This document shows positions 50,871 to 60,908 of a stretch of 64,000 nucleotides of DNA, one piece after another; position 1 is the stretch's first letter; each line of letters opens with the position of its first letter. The notes below the pieces were generated by a model. The model had not been told where the DNA came from. It did not search any database and saw only the letters and a list, made by a program, of their open reading frames with translations. The position numbers and the translations under genes are program-made. The stretch covers positions 512,001 to 576,000 of the forward strand of contig CAXXKA010000006.1 of assembly GCA_963668625.2 (NCBI GenBank), read 5' to 3'. Origin of the DNA: an uncultured candidate division Zixibacteria bacterium. GTDB lineage: Bacteria; Zixibacteria; MSB-5A5; UBA10806; 4484-95.

Positions 50871-52718
50871 TTATATTTCATTAGATGAGACTAATTTCTT
50901 ATATAATAACAGGGTAAAAAACACTATACATGAGGCCAGTACGCCCACTACCGATGTGTCCATTTGATTCATGAATTCGTAAACGTTTTCGCTGAATATG
51001 GCGATACCGTATTTACTGTGTAGAAACAGGATGAAACGGTACGACATGCTTATCCCGATAGCAAAAAGCATAGTAATGAATATATTGGTGGTAAGCTCTT
51101 TAGCCCGGGTTTTGTATAGCGCTCCGACAATTACGGGAAGTATAACCGCCGGCGCCCAGAGGTGATACGTAAAAAGCAGTAAACCGATGATATCAGACCA
51201 GAGTATTGCTATGAGAATCGCCGCTATTCCCAGCAAAGCTGAGCATATTCGGGCGATCAGCAGTTTCTTTTGGTCTGGCATGTCGTGCAATCCAAGTTGA
51301 TGTTCGAACAGGTCTTTGACGAAAATAGCCGTAGAGGAGTTTAATGCCGAATCAGCAGAGGACATTACGGCCATCAGGAGCGCGCCGATAATCAGTCCGC
51401 CGATAATAGGATTGTTCAATTGATGAACAACCATCGGTAAAGCCTGTTGCGGATCGATATCCGGGAAGTGAATACGAGCATATAATGCTATAAAAAACAG
51501 GATCACCGGGAATGTTATCGCCAGGAAGAAACCTACTCCGGCGATACCTATTTTAGTATGACGGGCATCCTTGCCGATACAGTACCGGGTAGCATAGCCC
51601 GGCGCGAATGTTTCACCTAGAAGGAATGCCAAAAAGGTTGTGATCAAAAACAGCCAGCCTTTACCTCCCTCCAATCGGAAGAAATCTGCAGGAAGCGTTC
51701 TGTTTTTAGTGATATCGTTCCGATAGGTATCCTGAATTAAAGATAGGTTCAACCGCCTCAACTTCCACTCACCGTTTATATCATCACTTAGGTATTCTCT
51801 GGTTTGCGGGCTTAAAGTTACCTGCGAGAAGCGAGCGGTATTATACAGGTTCTTATCCTCGATTAGCGAGTTTAGTTTATCTTTCAGGAAAGCCTGTGTA
51901 TGCTTTATTGTCGTTGAATCGTGTTGAGTAGCCTTTAATGTTGCCATATCTTCATCAGTCATTCCGGCGCGTATGTAAGCAGACAACGAGTCATCGGAGG
52001 CTAATACCTTGTTCGCAAGATCGGGTGGATTGATAAAGTCAATGGAACCGAAACGGGTAGGTACGAATTCGTGCGTTTCGGAATTATAGGAATTCGAGAT
52101 ATCGGGAATGCAGAAACCGAGGGTGATAACAAATCCCAGAAGAAGCACGATGAATTGATACACATCGGTTTGGATTACAGCTAACAAGCCACCGGCCGTG
52201 CTATAGATTACGACCATAGCTCCACCGATTAAAATAGCCCATTTCAGGATTGATACCGAACTGGAGTACTGCGGCGCGATCGAGGCCAATACAGTGCCGA
52301 ATGCCGCCATCTGGGCGGCTACGATGAACACGGAAAACAGTAATGAAAGTATAAGCATCACGAACCGGGGCTTCTCGCCGAATCTGTATCCGAAAAAGCC
52401 GGCTACCGTGTAAAGCTCGGCCTCGCGGAATTGCGGAGCGACTACAAGTCCGGAGAAAATGAAATGGAAATAGCCGCCGGTGGATACAAGCAGCATCAGG
52501 ATGCCCCACTCATAAGTTTTGCCGATTGCCCCGATAGAATAGCCGCCGCCAATTACGGTAGCGCCCATCGTAGCAAACAGGAAAAACCATTTAACGTTAC
52601 GCCCGGCAACCAGGAAGTCATCAGAGGTACCGATTTTTTTAACTTTGAGCACACCCTTGATAAAAACAAAAGCCATATAGGCGATGACAATAGCCCAGAG
52701 CAATAATCGGTCTGACAT
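50871..52718 (-). CDS. Sodium:solute symporter (SSS/PutP family) with inserted soluble domain
   Basis: DFLVAGR, YSTAGGLLAVIQTD..Q, AVMSSADS; about 130-aa hydrophilic insertion mid-protein. Confidence 0.88.
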   Translation of the reverse strand: MSDRLLLWAIVIAYMAFVFIKGVLKVKKIGTSDDFLVAGRNVKWFFLFATMGATVIGGGYSIGAIGKTYEWGILMLLVSTGGYFHFIFSGLVVAPQFREAELYTVAGFFGYRFGEKPRFVMLILSLLFSVFIVAAQMAAFGTVLASIAPQYSSSVSILKWAILIGGAMVVIYSTAGGLLAVIQTDVYQFIVLLLGFVITLGFCIPDISNSYNSETHEFVPTRFGSIDFINPPDLANKVLASDDSLSAYIRAGMTDEDMATLKATQHDSTTIKHTQAFLKDKLNSLIEDKNLYNTARFSQVTLSPQTREYLSDDINGEWKLRRLNLSLIQDTYRNDITKNRTLPADFFRLEGGKGWLFLITTFLAFLLGETFAPGYATRYCIGKDARHTKIGIAGVGFFLAITFPVILFFIALYARIHFPDIDPQQALPMVVHQLNNPIIGGLIIGALLMAVMSSADSALNSSTAIFVKDLFEHQLGLHDMPDQKKLLIARICSALLGIAAILIAILWSDIIGLLLFTYHLWAPAVILPVIVGALYKTRAKELTTNIFITMLFAIGISMSYRFILFLHSKYGIAIFSENVYEFMNQMDTSVVGVLASCIVFFTLLLYKKLVSSNEI

Positions 52719-52809
52719 GTTTATACCTCCTCGGATTTGGTTGGCTGGGAAATAAAAACGCGAATAAATGATTTATCTGGTATCAAAAAAAAACATAAAG
52801 AACATTCTA

Positions 52810-53967
52810 TCAGTTAATATCCTCAAATTGATCCATAGCCGGTTGTACCTCGAATAACTCAGGATCGAGTTCATCTCGGAAAATATCAAGGGCTGGATAT
52901 ACCTGCTTATTGACATATCTGCCGTTCATCAGCCGTAGAAGCGCGGAGTAATTTACCTTGAATTGAATCGTATCACCAACACTAAGATCGCCTTTGTCCT
53001 CACCGATATTGATCACCGCAATATCACTCGAGGCTCCCGCTATTCTGTATTCGGGATTGACCGGCGTTAAGCCGTTGATATCGGTATCAAGTTGGCCGAT
53101 GCTTACAAGCGCCCTGTAACCTCGTTGGCCCGGCTGAGTTTCCTCATCGGAGTCGGAGTCGAACGGCGCTACACCGGAGCTTGTCTCTCCCAGCGGCACG
53201 AGCCCTTTCTCCTTGATCTCGGCAATCTCTGCCTCCAGGAGCATAACCTCGTTGCTGAGATAGGGGAGAGTACCGCCATTGATCAGATCGGTGCCTAAAA
53301 AAACAGCTTCGCCTATACGGAAATGGTTGATTGCGGGTGGAAGCTTATTATCAAGTACCAATGGTAGAACGACTGTCGAACCGGCGGAGGTCAACGGTAA
53401 TATCTGCTTGAATTTCAGCTCAAGCAACTCTTTGTATAGTACAAGCTGCATGAATTGATCGACACTGGGGACAGTACCTGCCAGACAACCGAGATTGGAG
53501 CCGATTCCCAACACCTCAATGTTAGGCAGCTCGAAAACCTTCTGGTAGAATTTCACCAGTGAGCCGGGAAGAATCCCCTCGCGCAAATCGCCAAGCTCTA
53601 TCATTATAATGATACGGTGAGTTTTATTTTGACGTTGTGCCTCTCGGCCAAGTTCCTTGATTATCTCGATCTCGCTATTTAAGCTGACATCGGAATAATT
53701 TATCACATCGGGGATGGAGGATATATCCGGTACGCGCATATACCAGGCCTCGAAATCGGGTATGATTCTGTCGATAGCTTTCAAATTTTCCAGACGGGAA
53801 TCGCCCATCGAACGTACTCCCAGGTATTGCAGAGCTTTGATTGTATCCACATGACCACACAGCACCTTCGTTACCAGTGTCCAGGTGGCATTGTGACGGT
53901 CCATCCATTTATTGATGACAGCTATGTTATATTTTAACGCCTCCAGGTTTATAATAAGCCTGTTCAT
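52810..53967 (-). CDS. Alanine/ornithine racemase-family PLP enzyme (Orr/YhfX-like)
   Basis: LVTKVLCG (PLP Lys), GDSRLENL, SLNSE, ELGDLREG, NHFRIGE, GASSD. Confidence 0.85.
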   Translation of the reverse strand: MNRLIINLEALKYNIAVINKWMDRHNATWTLVTKVLCGHVDTIKALQYLGVRSMGDSRLENLKAIDRIIPDFEAWYMRVPDISSIPDVINYSDVSLNSEIEIIKELGREAQRQNKTHRIIIMIELGDLREGILPGSLVKFYQKVFELPNIEVLGIGSNLGCLAGTVPSVDQFMQLVLYKELLELKFKQILPLTSAGSTVVLPLVLDNKLPPAINHFRIGEAVFLGTDLINGGTLPYLSNEVMLLEAEIAEIKEKGLVPLGETSSGVAPFDSDSDEETQPGQRGYRALVSIGQLDTDINGLTPVNPEYRIAGASSDIAVINIGEDKGDLSVGDTIQFKVNYSALLRLMNGRYVNKQVYPALDIFRDELDPELFEVQPAMDQFEDIN

Positions 53968-54416
53968 TTCAGATACCTCATCTCGGCATATTTCGTAGTA
54001 AAGCCGATTTTTTCGTAAATTTGCTTGGCCGGATTATCATATTCGACATGAAGTTTCACGTCGCCATCGGCCAACTCGATACCTTTTCTGATTAGCTTAC
54101 CGCCGACACCACTGCCGCGGGCATCAGGAGCAACACAGACCATTAGCAGGAGATTTTCCGGGATGTAGCCTTTCATTTGCGTTCGAAGCATGATAAGCGC
54201 GCCTAAGGGGTTTTGATCCTTTTCGGCTAAAAGCACGAAAGCGCCTTTGGCTTCATCGGGGGCAATCGCTTTCAAGACGGCTCTTTTCGTGTCCTCCAGG
54301 GTGTCCTCGTAGGGCTTGATATTCTCGTATATGAATACCGAAAGGCTATCAACGCTTACCCAGGAGGGGAAATCTTTAACATCTCTTAAAACATGTATTT
54401 TAATTTCAGATGACAT
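53964..54416 (-). CDS. GNAT family N-acetyltransferase
   Basis: GYIPEN.L, V.PDARGSGVG (acetyl-CoA binding), LHVEYDNPA..YEKIGF..KYAEMR. Confidence 0.9.
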   Translation of the reverse strand: MSSEIKIHVLRDVKDFPSWVSVDSLSVFIYENIKPYEDTLEDTKRAVLKAIAPDEAKGAFVLLAEKDQNPLGALIMLRTQMKGYIPENLLLMVCVAPDARGSGVGGKLIRKGIELADGDVKLHVEYDNPAKQIYEKIGFTTKYAEMRYLK

Positions 54417-54457
54417 TTTACTACCTTTTAGTTTGCTGATTCGTGTTGTACTTGTTT

Positions 54458-54964
54458 TTACTGACCGTTGTGGTCGATTTGACGACCATTTCCGGAAATT
54501 GGCCCACTATCTAGCAGGGGCGCTACATCCAGATGCTCGGCATCCATGATTTTGGCAACGGTTTCCAGCGCATTCATGATATTCTTCTGCTCCGTTAAGT
54601 TTAAGCTCTCAAAGGCTTTCACGAACTCCTCCTGAAGGGGAGAGGGAGCGTTTTTTAGAAGCTCCTTACCGGCTGAGGTGGATTTCACGAGCACCTGGCG
54701 ACGATCGTTCGAGCCTCTGATTCGCTCGGCCAATTGCTGTTTCTCCAGCCTATCCACTATGCCGGTAACCGTGGCGCTGCTTAAGCTTACACTTTTTGCC
54801 AGTGAACCGATTGGTATCTCGTCCCGGGCCGCTATCTCTTTCAACAGGATTAGCTGGGGAACCGTAAGTTTGTGTCGTTTATGTAGCTTCTTCGAGTTGA
54901 GGTCGACCGCCCTCATGATTTTTCTCAAAGCGATTAAAACATTCGAACTAATTTCACTATCCAT
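54458..54964 (-). CDS. MarR family regulator, EctR-like
   Basis: LIALRKIMRAVDLNSKKL..LTVPQL..SLSSATVTGIVDRLE..DRRQV..APSPLQE.F..M.AE.LD.APLL, characteristic of the EctR subgroup. Confidence 0.88.
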   Translation of the reverse strand: MDSEISSNVLIALRKIMRAVDLNSKKLHKRHKLTVPQLILLKEIAARDEIPIGSLAKSVSLSSATVTGIVDRLEKQQLAERIRGSNDRRQVLVKSTSAGKELLKNAPSPLQEEFVKAFESLNLTEQKNIMNALETVAKIMDAEHLDVAPLLDSGPISGNGRQIDHNGQ

Positions 54965-54980
54965 TATCTTTCACCCTGAT

Positions 54981-55024
54981 TAATTTGTGTACTAATATTT
55001 AGTGTACAAAATAAATTATGTCAA
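54981..55024 (-). promoter_or_regulatory. Promoter with two overlapping EctR-type operator pseudopalindromes
   Basis: TAATTTGT-GT-ACTAATAT (54981-54998) and TATTTAGT-GT-ACAAAATA (54996-55013); TTGACA on the minus strand at 55024-55019. Confidence 0.7.
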
Positions 55025-55096
55025 GGGATAAAATATTATATTTTTATTTAAATCAATGTGTTAGGTGTCCAGAAAAGGGGATGGGGGGAGGAGTGG

Positions 55097-55132
55097 TTGT
55101 GGTTGACGGGCGTCCCGGCCTGCCAACAGGTT
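55097..55132 (+). repeat. REP-like repeat, left of the low-GC island
   Basis: 26/36 ungapped identity with 58260-58295; both end CTGCCAACAGGTT. Confidence 0.5.
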
Positions 55133-55312
55133 GATGCAGTTACAATCGAATTCCAAATAAACATTGACAATTAGATTTATTACAGTACTTTACAACTGAA
55201 TATCTGAATATTTATTTTTTGACATTATAATATTGGGGGAATGATATCGTGAAAGGGCATCTATTATTTAATCCGAATACAGAAACATTCTTATTCCTGA
55301 TAATAATGAATC

Positions 55313-55324
55313 GGGGGGGGGGGG
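55313..55324 (+). repeat. Poly-G (G12) homopolymer tract
   Basis: 12 consecutive G in an AT-rich upstream region. Confidence 0.9.
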
Positions 55325-55414
55325 CAGAAGTCCACCTTTCTTTCAAATAAACATCAGTTTGGTTTAATCGTTTTTAGTTGTTAATTAAGATGTTTAATTT
55401 GAAAGGAAAACGTA

Positions 55415-55846
55415 ATGAATCGTTTTTGCATATTAGCAGTATTATGCTGCCTGGTATTTATTTTGGGGGCTGGGTTTTGTAATGAAGCATCCGCGCAGTG
55501 TAAGCATCAAGAAAGTATTGATGTTTTTTGTACGTGGACAAGTACTTACACTTCATGTGATAAATATGTAAGAAACGCTCTGGAAACAACAATAGTAAAT
55601 GGCGGCTATCGTACTATAAAACCAACGCTTAGTGTAAACAACTATACCTATGAACACATACTTTATGGAGCAGACTTACCCTATGGGGATACAACTATAG
55701 TCTGGGATTTAGCGGCCCCTGTAGATACGACAGTCAATCATAAAATAATGATGGATATAATTTCAGGAAGCGGTAGCTTTTCCAGAGGTTTTTGCGATAC
55801 AAGTACTGTGTACACTGTTTATTACTTAGCAAATCAGGCGAATTAG
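55415..55846 (+). CDS. Small secreted Cys-containing protein, unknown function (low GC)
   Basis: AAAGGAAA RBS; signal peptide ending ASA; 143 aa. Confidence 0.7.
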   Translation: MNRFCILAVLCCLVFILGAGFCNEASAQCKHQESIDVFCTWTSTYTSCDKYVRNALETTIVNGGYRTIKPTLSVNNYTYEHILYGADLPYGDTTIVWDLAAPVDTTVNHKIMMDIISGSGSFSRGFCDTSTVYTVYYLANQAN

Positions 55847-55866
55847 TAACAGATTGAATGACGTTT

Positions 55867-55912
55867 AATGTGAAGCTGGTAATACAAGCAGTTTAATTAC
55901 TAGCTTCACATT
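55867..55912. other. Long intergenic hairpin
   Basis: AATGTGAAGCTGGTAAT ... ATTACTAGCTTCACATT, a 17-bp stem with one G-U pair. Confidence 0.6.
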
Positions 55913-55939
55913 TATAGATATAGTTTAAGGAGAAAAATC

Positions 55940-58213
55940 GTGTTTTTTAAGAAAATCTTGTTTATTGCATCTATTATAATTATTGTTTTAAAAGTTTCAA
56001 GTGCCGGTGAGAATTTTTGGTCAACAAGCGGACCATATAATTGCCGAGCTAAGGATATTGTGATTAATCCTGTTAATAGAAGTAATATATTCATAGGAAC
56101 AATTGAATATGGCATCTATCGAACCGAAAATTATGGATTCTATTGGGATCATATCGATAGCGATTCTCTTGCTAGCACTCAGAGGGAAATAATAATAAAT
56201 CCTCATAATCCGGATACAATGTTTGCTACAACTACAAGAGGTATGTTTAAGAGCATTAATGGTGGTGATGATTGGGAAAGAGTTGACTTTCCGGCGGGTA
56301 ATAGCTACGAGATTGTTGGCGCTTGTATTCATCCACAATGGACGAATATTATGTTTGTACCCGGTCCATTCTTTTCAGGAATTAATTATAGAAGCGTTGA
56401 TGGAGGCGATACCTGGGAGCAGTTAAGCTTGGTTGAAGTTGTAGCCAACGATTTTAAAATAGATCCGCTTAATGACAGCACTGTATATGCTATATCGCAT
56501 TGTGCAACTACTAGAAGATCATTATTAAAAAGTGAAGATTTAGGAAATACCTGGATAAACAGTCACGGCGATCTGGATACAACTATGTATGTCCATGGAT
56601 TTGATATAGATTATATAGACAACCAGGTTTTGTATGTCTGCGGGCATGATGCGACACAATCAGACCGTTGTGTTTTTAAATCCATAAACGGAGGTGAAAC
56701 TTGGCAGAATATTACTCCGCCTGGATTACCGAGCGATATAGTATGGGAAATTGATATTTCTCCTTTCGATCATAACACTGTATACATTTGTACCGACGCT
56801 AATGGTTTAATGAAAAGCACGGATGGAGGCCAGACATGGGAGGAGAAAAATGAAGGCATAAATGGCCGATATACTGTAAGTCTAGCTATTGATGAAGTAA
56901 ACAACATCATGTATATATGTTTGATGTTCGGTGGCGTATATCGTTCTTATGATGGCGGCGAAACTTGGGAAAAGATTACTAAGGAAATCTCTCACTCTGA
57001 GTGTTTCGATATTGTTTGTAACCCAGAATACCCTGATGAGATATATACATGTTCGATGAATGGCATATACAAAATCGAACCTGGTCAAGATGAATGGGAA
57101 GTCATTGATGTTTTATATCCTGATTATAACCGATATGTTAGTTGCATAGATATAGATAAAGAATATCCAGATCAGATATTTGCTGGATTAAGCTCATGGT
57201 GGTCTATCTCTCCTCAAACAAGCATCGCCCGGTCAATTGATGGGGGAGATACATGGGATTATTTTGGGGATGACTTTAATGAATCAACGGAATTTTCGCG
57301 CCTGAAAATCGGTTACTTTGGAGATGAAAGAAAGATATTCGCTTCTTCATCGGATGGATTATATATTTCTGATGATTATGGAGAAAATTGGGATTTGATT
57401 AATGAAATTCCACAGCAAGCGTATTTTGCTCTTGATATTTCACCATCTAACAATAATTACATTTATATTGGAATGAATCAGATGTATAAATCAACGGATG
57501 GTGGATATTTCTGGGAGCAGATCGAGTTGCCATCAGGTGGAAATTATATTAATGAAATAAAATGCCATCCTTATGATTCACTTAAAGTTTATATAGCTAT
57601 ATATGGATCAGGAATTTATAAAAGCGAAGATGGTGGTGATAGTTGGATAAATATTACCAATAATATACCCTATACTGATTTTTATATCTGGTTTTCAGGT
57701 ATAGCAATTAATCCGTTGAATACTGATAATATTTACGTGAATTCAAACCATTATAGTGTTTTTCAATCTCATAACGATGGAGATTCCTGGGAGCCATTCA
57801 GCGATAGCCTTATAGTATCATATAGTAATGGAATAACTTTAATTGACCCATCGGATACGAATAAAATATATGTCGCCACCGATCAACAATCAGTTTGGTC
57901 AATCACCCGCACCCCTGCCGGCATTGATGATAATGAAGTCACCACCCTCCCCACGCAGTACGATCTCTCCGCCTATCCCAATCCATTCAACGCTACCACC
58001 AGCATATCATTCACGCTAATCCAGCCCTCGCAGGTAACGCTGGATATCTACGATATCCTCGGCCGCCGGGCTGAGAGCCTGGTTGACTGGTACCTGCCCG
58101 CCGGTAACCACTCGGTGTTATGGCAGGCGGGGGAGATGCCCTCGGGGATATATTTCTATCGCCTGGCTGCCGGGGATTATCAGGATTCGCGAAAGATTAC
58201 GCTGTTGAAGTGA
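55940..58213 (+). CDS. Secreted BNR/Asp-box (sortilin/VPS10-like) beta-propeller protein with T9SS-type CTD
   Basis: Signal; many (K/R)SxDGGxTW Asp-box repeats; YPNPFN..SGIYFYRL..RKITLLK. Confidence 0.88.
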   Translation: MFFKKILFIASIIIIVLKVSSAGENFWSTSGPYNCRAKDIVINPVNRSNIFIGTIEYGIYRTENYGFYWDHIDSDSLASTQREIIINPHNPDTMFATTTRGMFKSINGGDDWERVDFPAGNSYEIVGACIHPQWTNIMFVPGPFFSGINYRSVDGGDTWEQLSLVEVVANDFKIDPLNDSTVYAISHCATTRRSLLKSEDLGNTWINSHGDLDTTMYVHGFDIDYIDNQVLYVCGHDATQSDRCVFKSINGGETWQNITPPGLPSDIVWEIDISPFDHNTVYICTDANGLMKSTDGGQTWEEKNEGINGRYTVSLAIDEVNNIMYICLMFGGVYRSYDGGETWEKITKEISHSECFDIVCNPEYPDEIYTCSMNGIYKIEPGQDEWEVIDVLYPDYNRYVSCIDIDKEYPDQIFAGLSSWWSISPQTSIARSIDGGDTWDYFGDDFNESTEFSRLKIGYFGDERKIFASSSDGLYISDDYGENWDLINEIPQQAYFALDISPSNNNYIYIGMNQMYKSTDGGYFWEQIELPSGGNYINEIKCHPYDSLKVYIAIYGSGIYKSEDGGDSWINITNNIPYTDFYIWFSGIAINPLNTDNIYVNSNHYSVFQSHNDGDSWEPFSDSLIVSYSNGITLIDPSDTNKIYVATDQQSVWSITRTPAGIDDNEVTTLPTQYDLSAYPNPFNATTSISFTLIQPSQVTLDIYDILGRRAESLVDWYLPAGNHSVLWQAGEMPSGIYFYRLAAGDYQDSRKITLLK

Positions 58214-58259
58214 TATACCACCCGGATTCCCTTTTTTAAGGGAATGACAGCCCTACCTA

Positions 58260-58295
58260 TTGTGGCTGGTAAGTGTTCCTATCTGCCAACAGGTT
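58260..58295 (+). repeat. REP-like repeat, right of the low-GC island
   Basis: Direct-orientation match to 55097-55132. Confidence 0.5.
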
Positions 58296-58400
58296 AATAA
58301 ATCTACCCCAAAACCTACAATAATCGAATCGTAACTTAGTCATTTATTGACTTTCTATCCGTTTAATTCTATACTATCCATCTATTTGAAAGGAGAGGTT

Positions 58401-60623
58401 ATGCGAGAGCCGGAAATTACACCGGAATTGATTAAAGATCATGGGCTATCGGAGGAGGAATGGACCTGGATATGGGAGTATCTGGGCAGAGAACCCAACT
58501 ATACCGAGTTGGGCATATTTTCCGTAATGTGGTCGGAGCATTGCTCTTACAAGAACTCGATCGCACAGCTTAAGACATTACCGCAAACCGGCAGCAAGCT
58601 TCTAACCGGAGCCGGCGAGGAGAACGCCGGGGCGGTGGATATCGGTGATGGCCTGGCCTGTGTTTTCAAGATAGAATCGCATAATCATCCCTCGGCTATC
58701 GAGCCGTACCAGGGTGCGGCTACGGGTATAGGTGGAATCCTTCGCGATATATTCACCATGGGGGCTCGCCCCGAGGCGACATTCAACTCGCTTCGTTTCG
58801 GCCCGTTAGATATCCCACATGTGCGTTATATTTTCGATGGCGTAGTGCGCGGCGCCGGCGATTACGGTAACTGTTTCGGCGTGCCCGATATCGGTGGCGA
58901 GGTCTGGTTCGAGCCCGCTTATCAGGGTAATCCTCTTATTAATGTGATGGCTTTAGGAATCGCGAAAACCGGGGAACTGCTTTCGGCAACGGCAAAAGGC
59001 GCGGGCAATCCCGTGCTTATCGTTGGCGCGAGCACCGGCCGGGACGGCATACACGGAGCGACATTCGCCTCCGAGGAGCTTTCGGAGAAATCGCAGGCAA
59101 AACGTCCCGCAGTGCAAATAGGCGACCCGTTCACAGAGAAACTGCTGCTGGAGGCTACGCTAGAGATAATCAAGAAAGAACTTGCGGTTGGTATCCAGGA
59201 TATGGGCGCAGCTGGTATAACCTGCTCGACCTCCGAAATGTCGGCGCGCGGGGCGTGTGGCATGGAGATCGATCTGGATAAGGTGCCCGTTCGTGAGGAG
59301 AACATGACCCCCTATGAGATCATGTTATCGGAGTCGCAGGAGAGAATGCTGGTGGTGGCAACACCGGAAACTCTCGATGAGATACAGGCGATATTCGAGA
59401 AATGGGGACTTCACGCCGCCGTTATCGGCAAGGTAATCGATGAGAATGTCATAAGGGTATATTTCGAGGGGTATCTATATGCCGAGATACCTCCTGATAT
59501 TTTGGTACTGGGCGGCAAAGCCCCGATATATATTCGTGAGCAAGCCAAACCGGATTACATAGATGAACTCAGGACATTCGATCCGCTAACCATGCCTGAG
59601 CCATCCGATTACAATGATATATTGAAGCAACTTCTCAGCTCGCCAAATATCGCCTCCAAGCGATGGGTATACAATCAGTACGATACCTCGGTGAGAACGG
59701 CCGTGGCCATAGGGCCCGGCAGTGATGCCGCTGTGATTCGCATCCGTAAATCTAAAAAAGGCCTGGCTATCGCTACCGATTGTAATGGCAGATGGTGCTA
59801 TCTGAATCCTCGATTGGGAGCTACTCATGCGGTTTGCGAGTCGGCGTTGAATGTCGCTTGCTCGGGAGCGGATCCGGCGGCGATTACCAATTGCCTCAAT
59901 TTCGGCAATCCATATCACCCGGATGTTTACTATACGTTTGCCGAGTGTGTTGCCGGGATGGGGGAGGCCTGCCGTAAGCTCGATACGCCGGTTACAGGCG
60001 GTAATGTCAGTTTTTATAATGAACATAAGGATGTAGCCGTTTATCCCTCGCCGGTTATCGGAATGGTGGGAGTGCTGGAAAACGTCAAACATCGCATGAC
60101 CTCGTTTTTTAAACATAACGGCAATAAGATAGCTCTTCTGGGAGTAAACCGGGGCGAACTTGGTGGAAGCGAATACCTTAAAATAGTACATAATAAAGTC
60201 GCGGGCGAATTACCGCAGGTTTCACTGGATGAGGTAAGCAATACGATTAAGGCGCTCAATAAACTTTGCTCGAAATCGCTTATCAAGTCGGCTCATGATA
60301 TCTCGGACGGAGGTTTGGCGGTTGCAGTGGCGGAATGCTGTTTCGAAAATAATATCGGGGCAAATCTGAGAATGTGGTCGGATCATCGCCCGGATGCCAT
60401 GCTGTTCGGAGAATCGAGGCCGCTGGTAGTCATCTCCCTGACCGAAGATAATATTCACGAGGTAGACAATATTTGTGATGAGTACGATATCGCCTTTGGA
60501 GTAATCGGTGAAACAGGTGGTAGTAATCTTATTATAGATAATTACATAGCATGCTCCGTGGAGGAACTCAAGCAATTATACGAATCGGCTATTCCCGGTA
60601 TGATGGATACTATCAGTCACTGA
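58401..60623 (+). CDS. purL: Phosphoribosylformylglycinamidine synthase subunit PurL
   Basis: [69 protein letters not shown] before ATG 58401. Confidence 0.97.
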   Translation: MREPEITPELIKDHGLSEEEWTWIWEYLGREPNYTELGIFSVMWSEHCSYKNSIAQLKTLPQTGSKLLTGAGEENAGAVDIGDGLACVFKIESHNHPSAIEPYQGAATGIGGILRDIFTMGARPEATFNSLRFGPLDIPHVRYIFDGVVRGAGDYGNCFGVPDIGGEVWFEPAYQGNPLINVMALGIAKTGELLSATAKGAGNPVLIVGASTGRDGIHGATFASEELSEKSQAKRPAVQIGDPFTEKLLLEATLEIIKKELAVGIQDMGAAGITCSTSEMSARGACGMEIDLDKVPVREENMTPYEIMLSESQERMLVVATPETLDEIQAIFEKWGLHAAVIGKVIDENVIRVYFEGYLYAEIPPDILVLGGKAPIYIREQAKPDYIDELRTFDPLTMPEPSDYNDILKQLLSSPNIASKRWVYNQYDTSVRTAVAIGPGSDAAVIRIRKSKKGLAIATDCNGRWCYLNPRLGATHAVCESALNVACSGADPAAITNCLNFGNPYHPDVYYTFAECVAGMGEACRKLDTPVTGGNVSFYNEHKDVAVYPSPVIGMVGVLENVKHRMTSFFKHNGNKIALLGVNRGELGGSEYLKIVHNKVAGELPQVSLDEVSNTIKALNKLCSKSLIKSAHDISDGGLAVAVAECCFENNIGANLRMWSDHRPDAMLFGESRPLVVISLTEDNIHEVDNICDEYDIAFGVIGETGGSNLIIDNYIACSVEELKQLYESAIPGMMDTISH

Positions 60624-60908
60624 TTTTTAGTTATCTTTACTTTTCATATTTCGGAAATGTGTATAAGCGGTGTAATTACATGTAATGCTAGCATTAAATT
60701 ATCTTATTGATAATTGGTGTATTTGACAATAATTTTGAAAAATATTCATAAAACCTATTGACATGATACTTCTAAAAAGCTATAAAAGTGCGGCTTTTAA
60801 GAAGAGAGGTTTTTTTTAGGAAGGAGGTTTTAGGGCGAATTGAATTTTAATGATTCTTAGAACATTGCGAAAGTTAGTTAAATATAAATTAATTTCAGGA
60901 GAAGACAA

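Noticed and set aside
55847-55912. Integron attC site between the low-GC genes
   Set aside because: A hairpin is present, but there are no properly placed RYYYAAC/GTTRRRY core boxes and no integrase in the window.
58347-58400. Extended N-terminus of PurL from TTG 58347
   Set aside because: This stretch contains a TTGACT-N17-TATACT promoter-like sequence and the RBS. The real start is ATG 58401.
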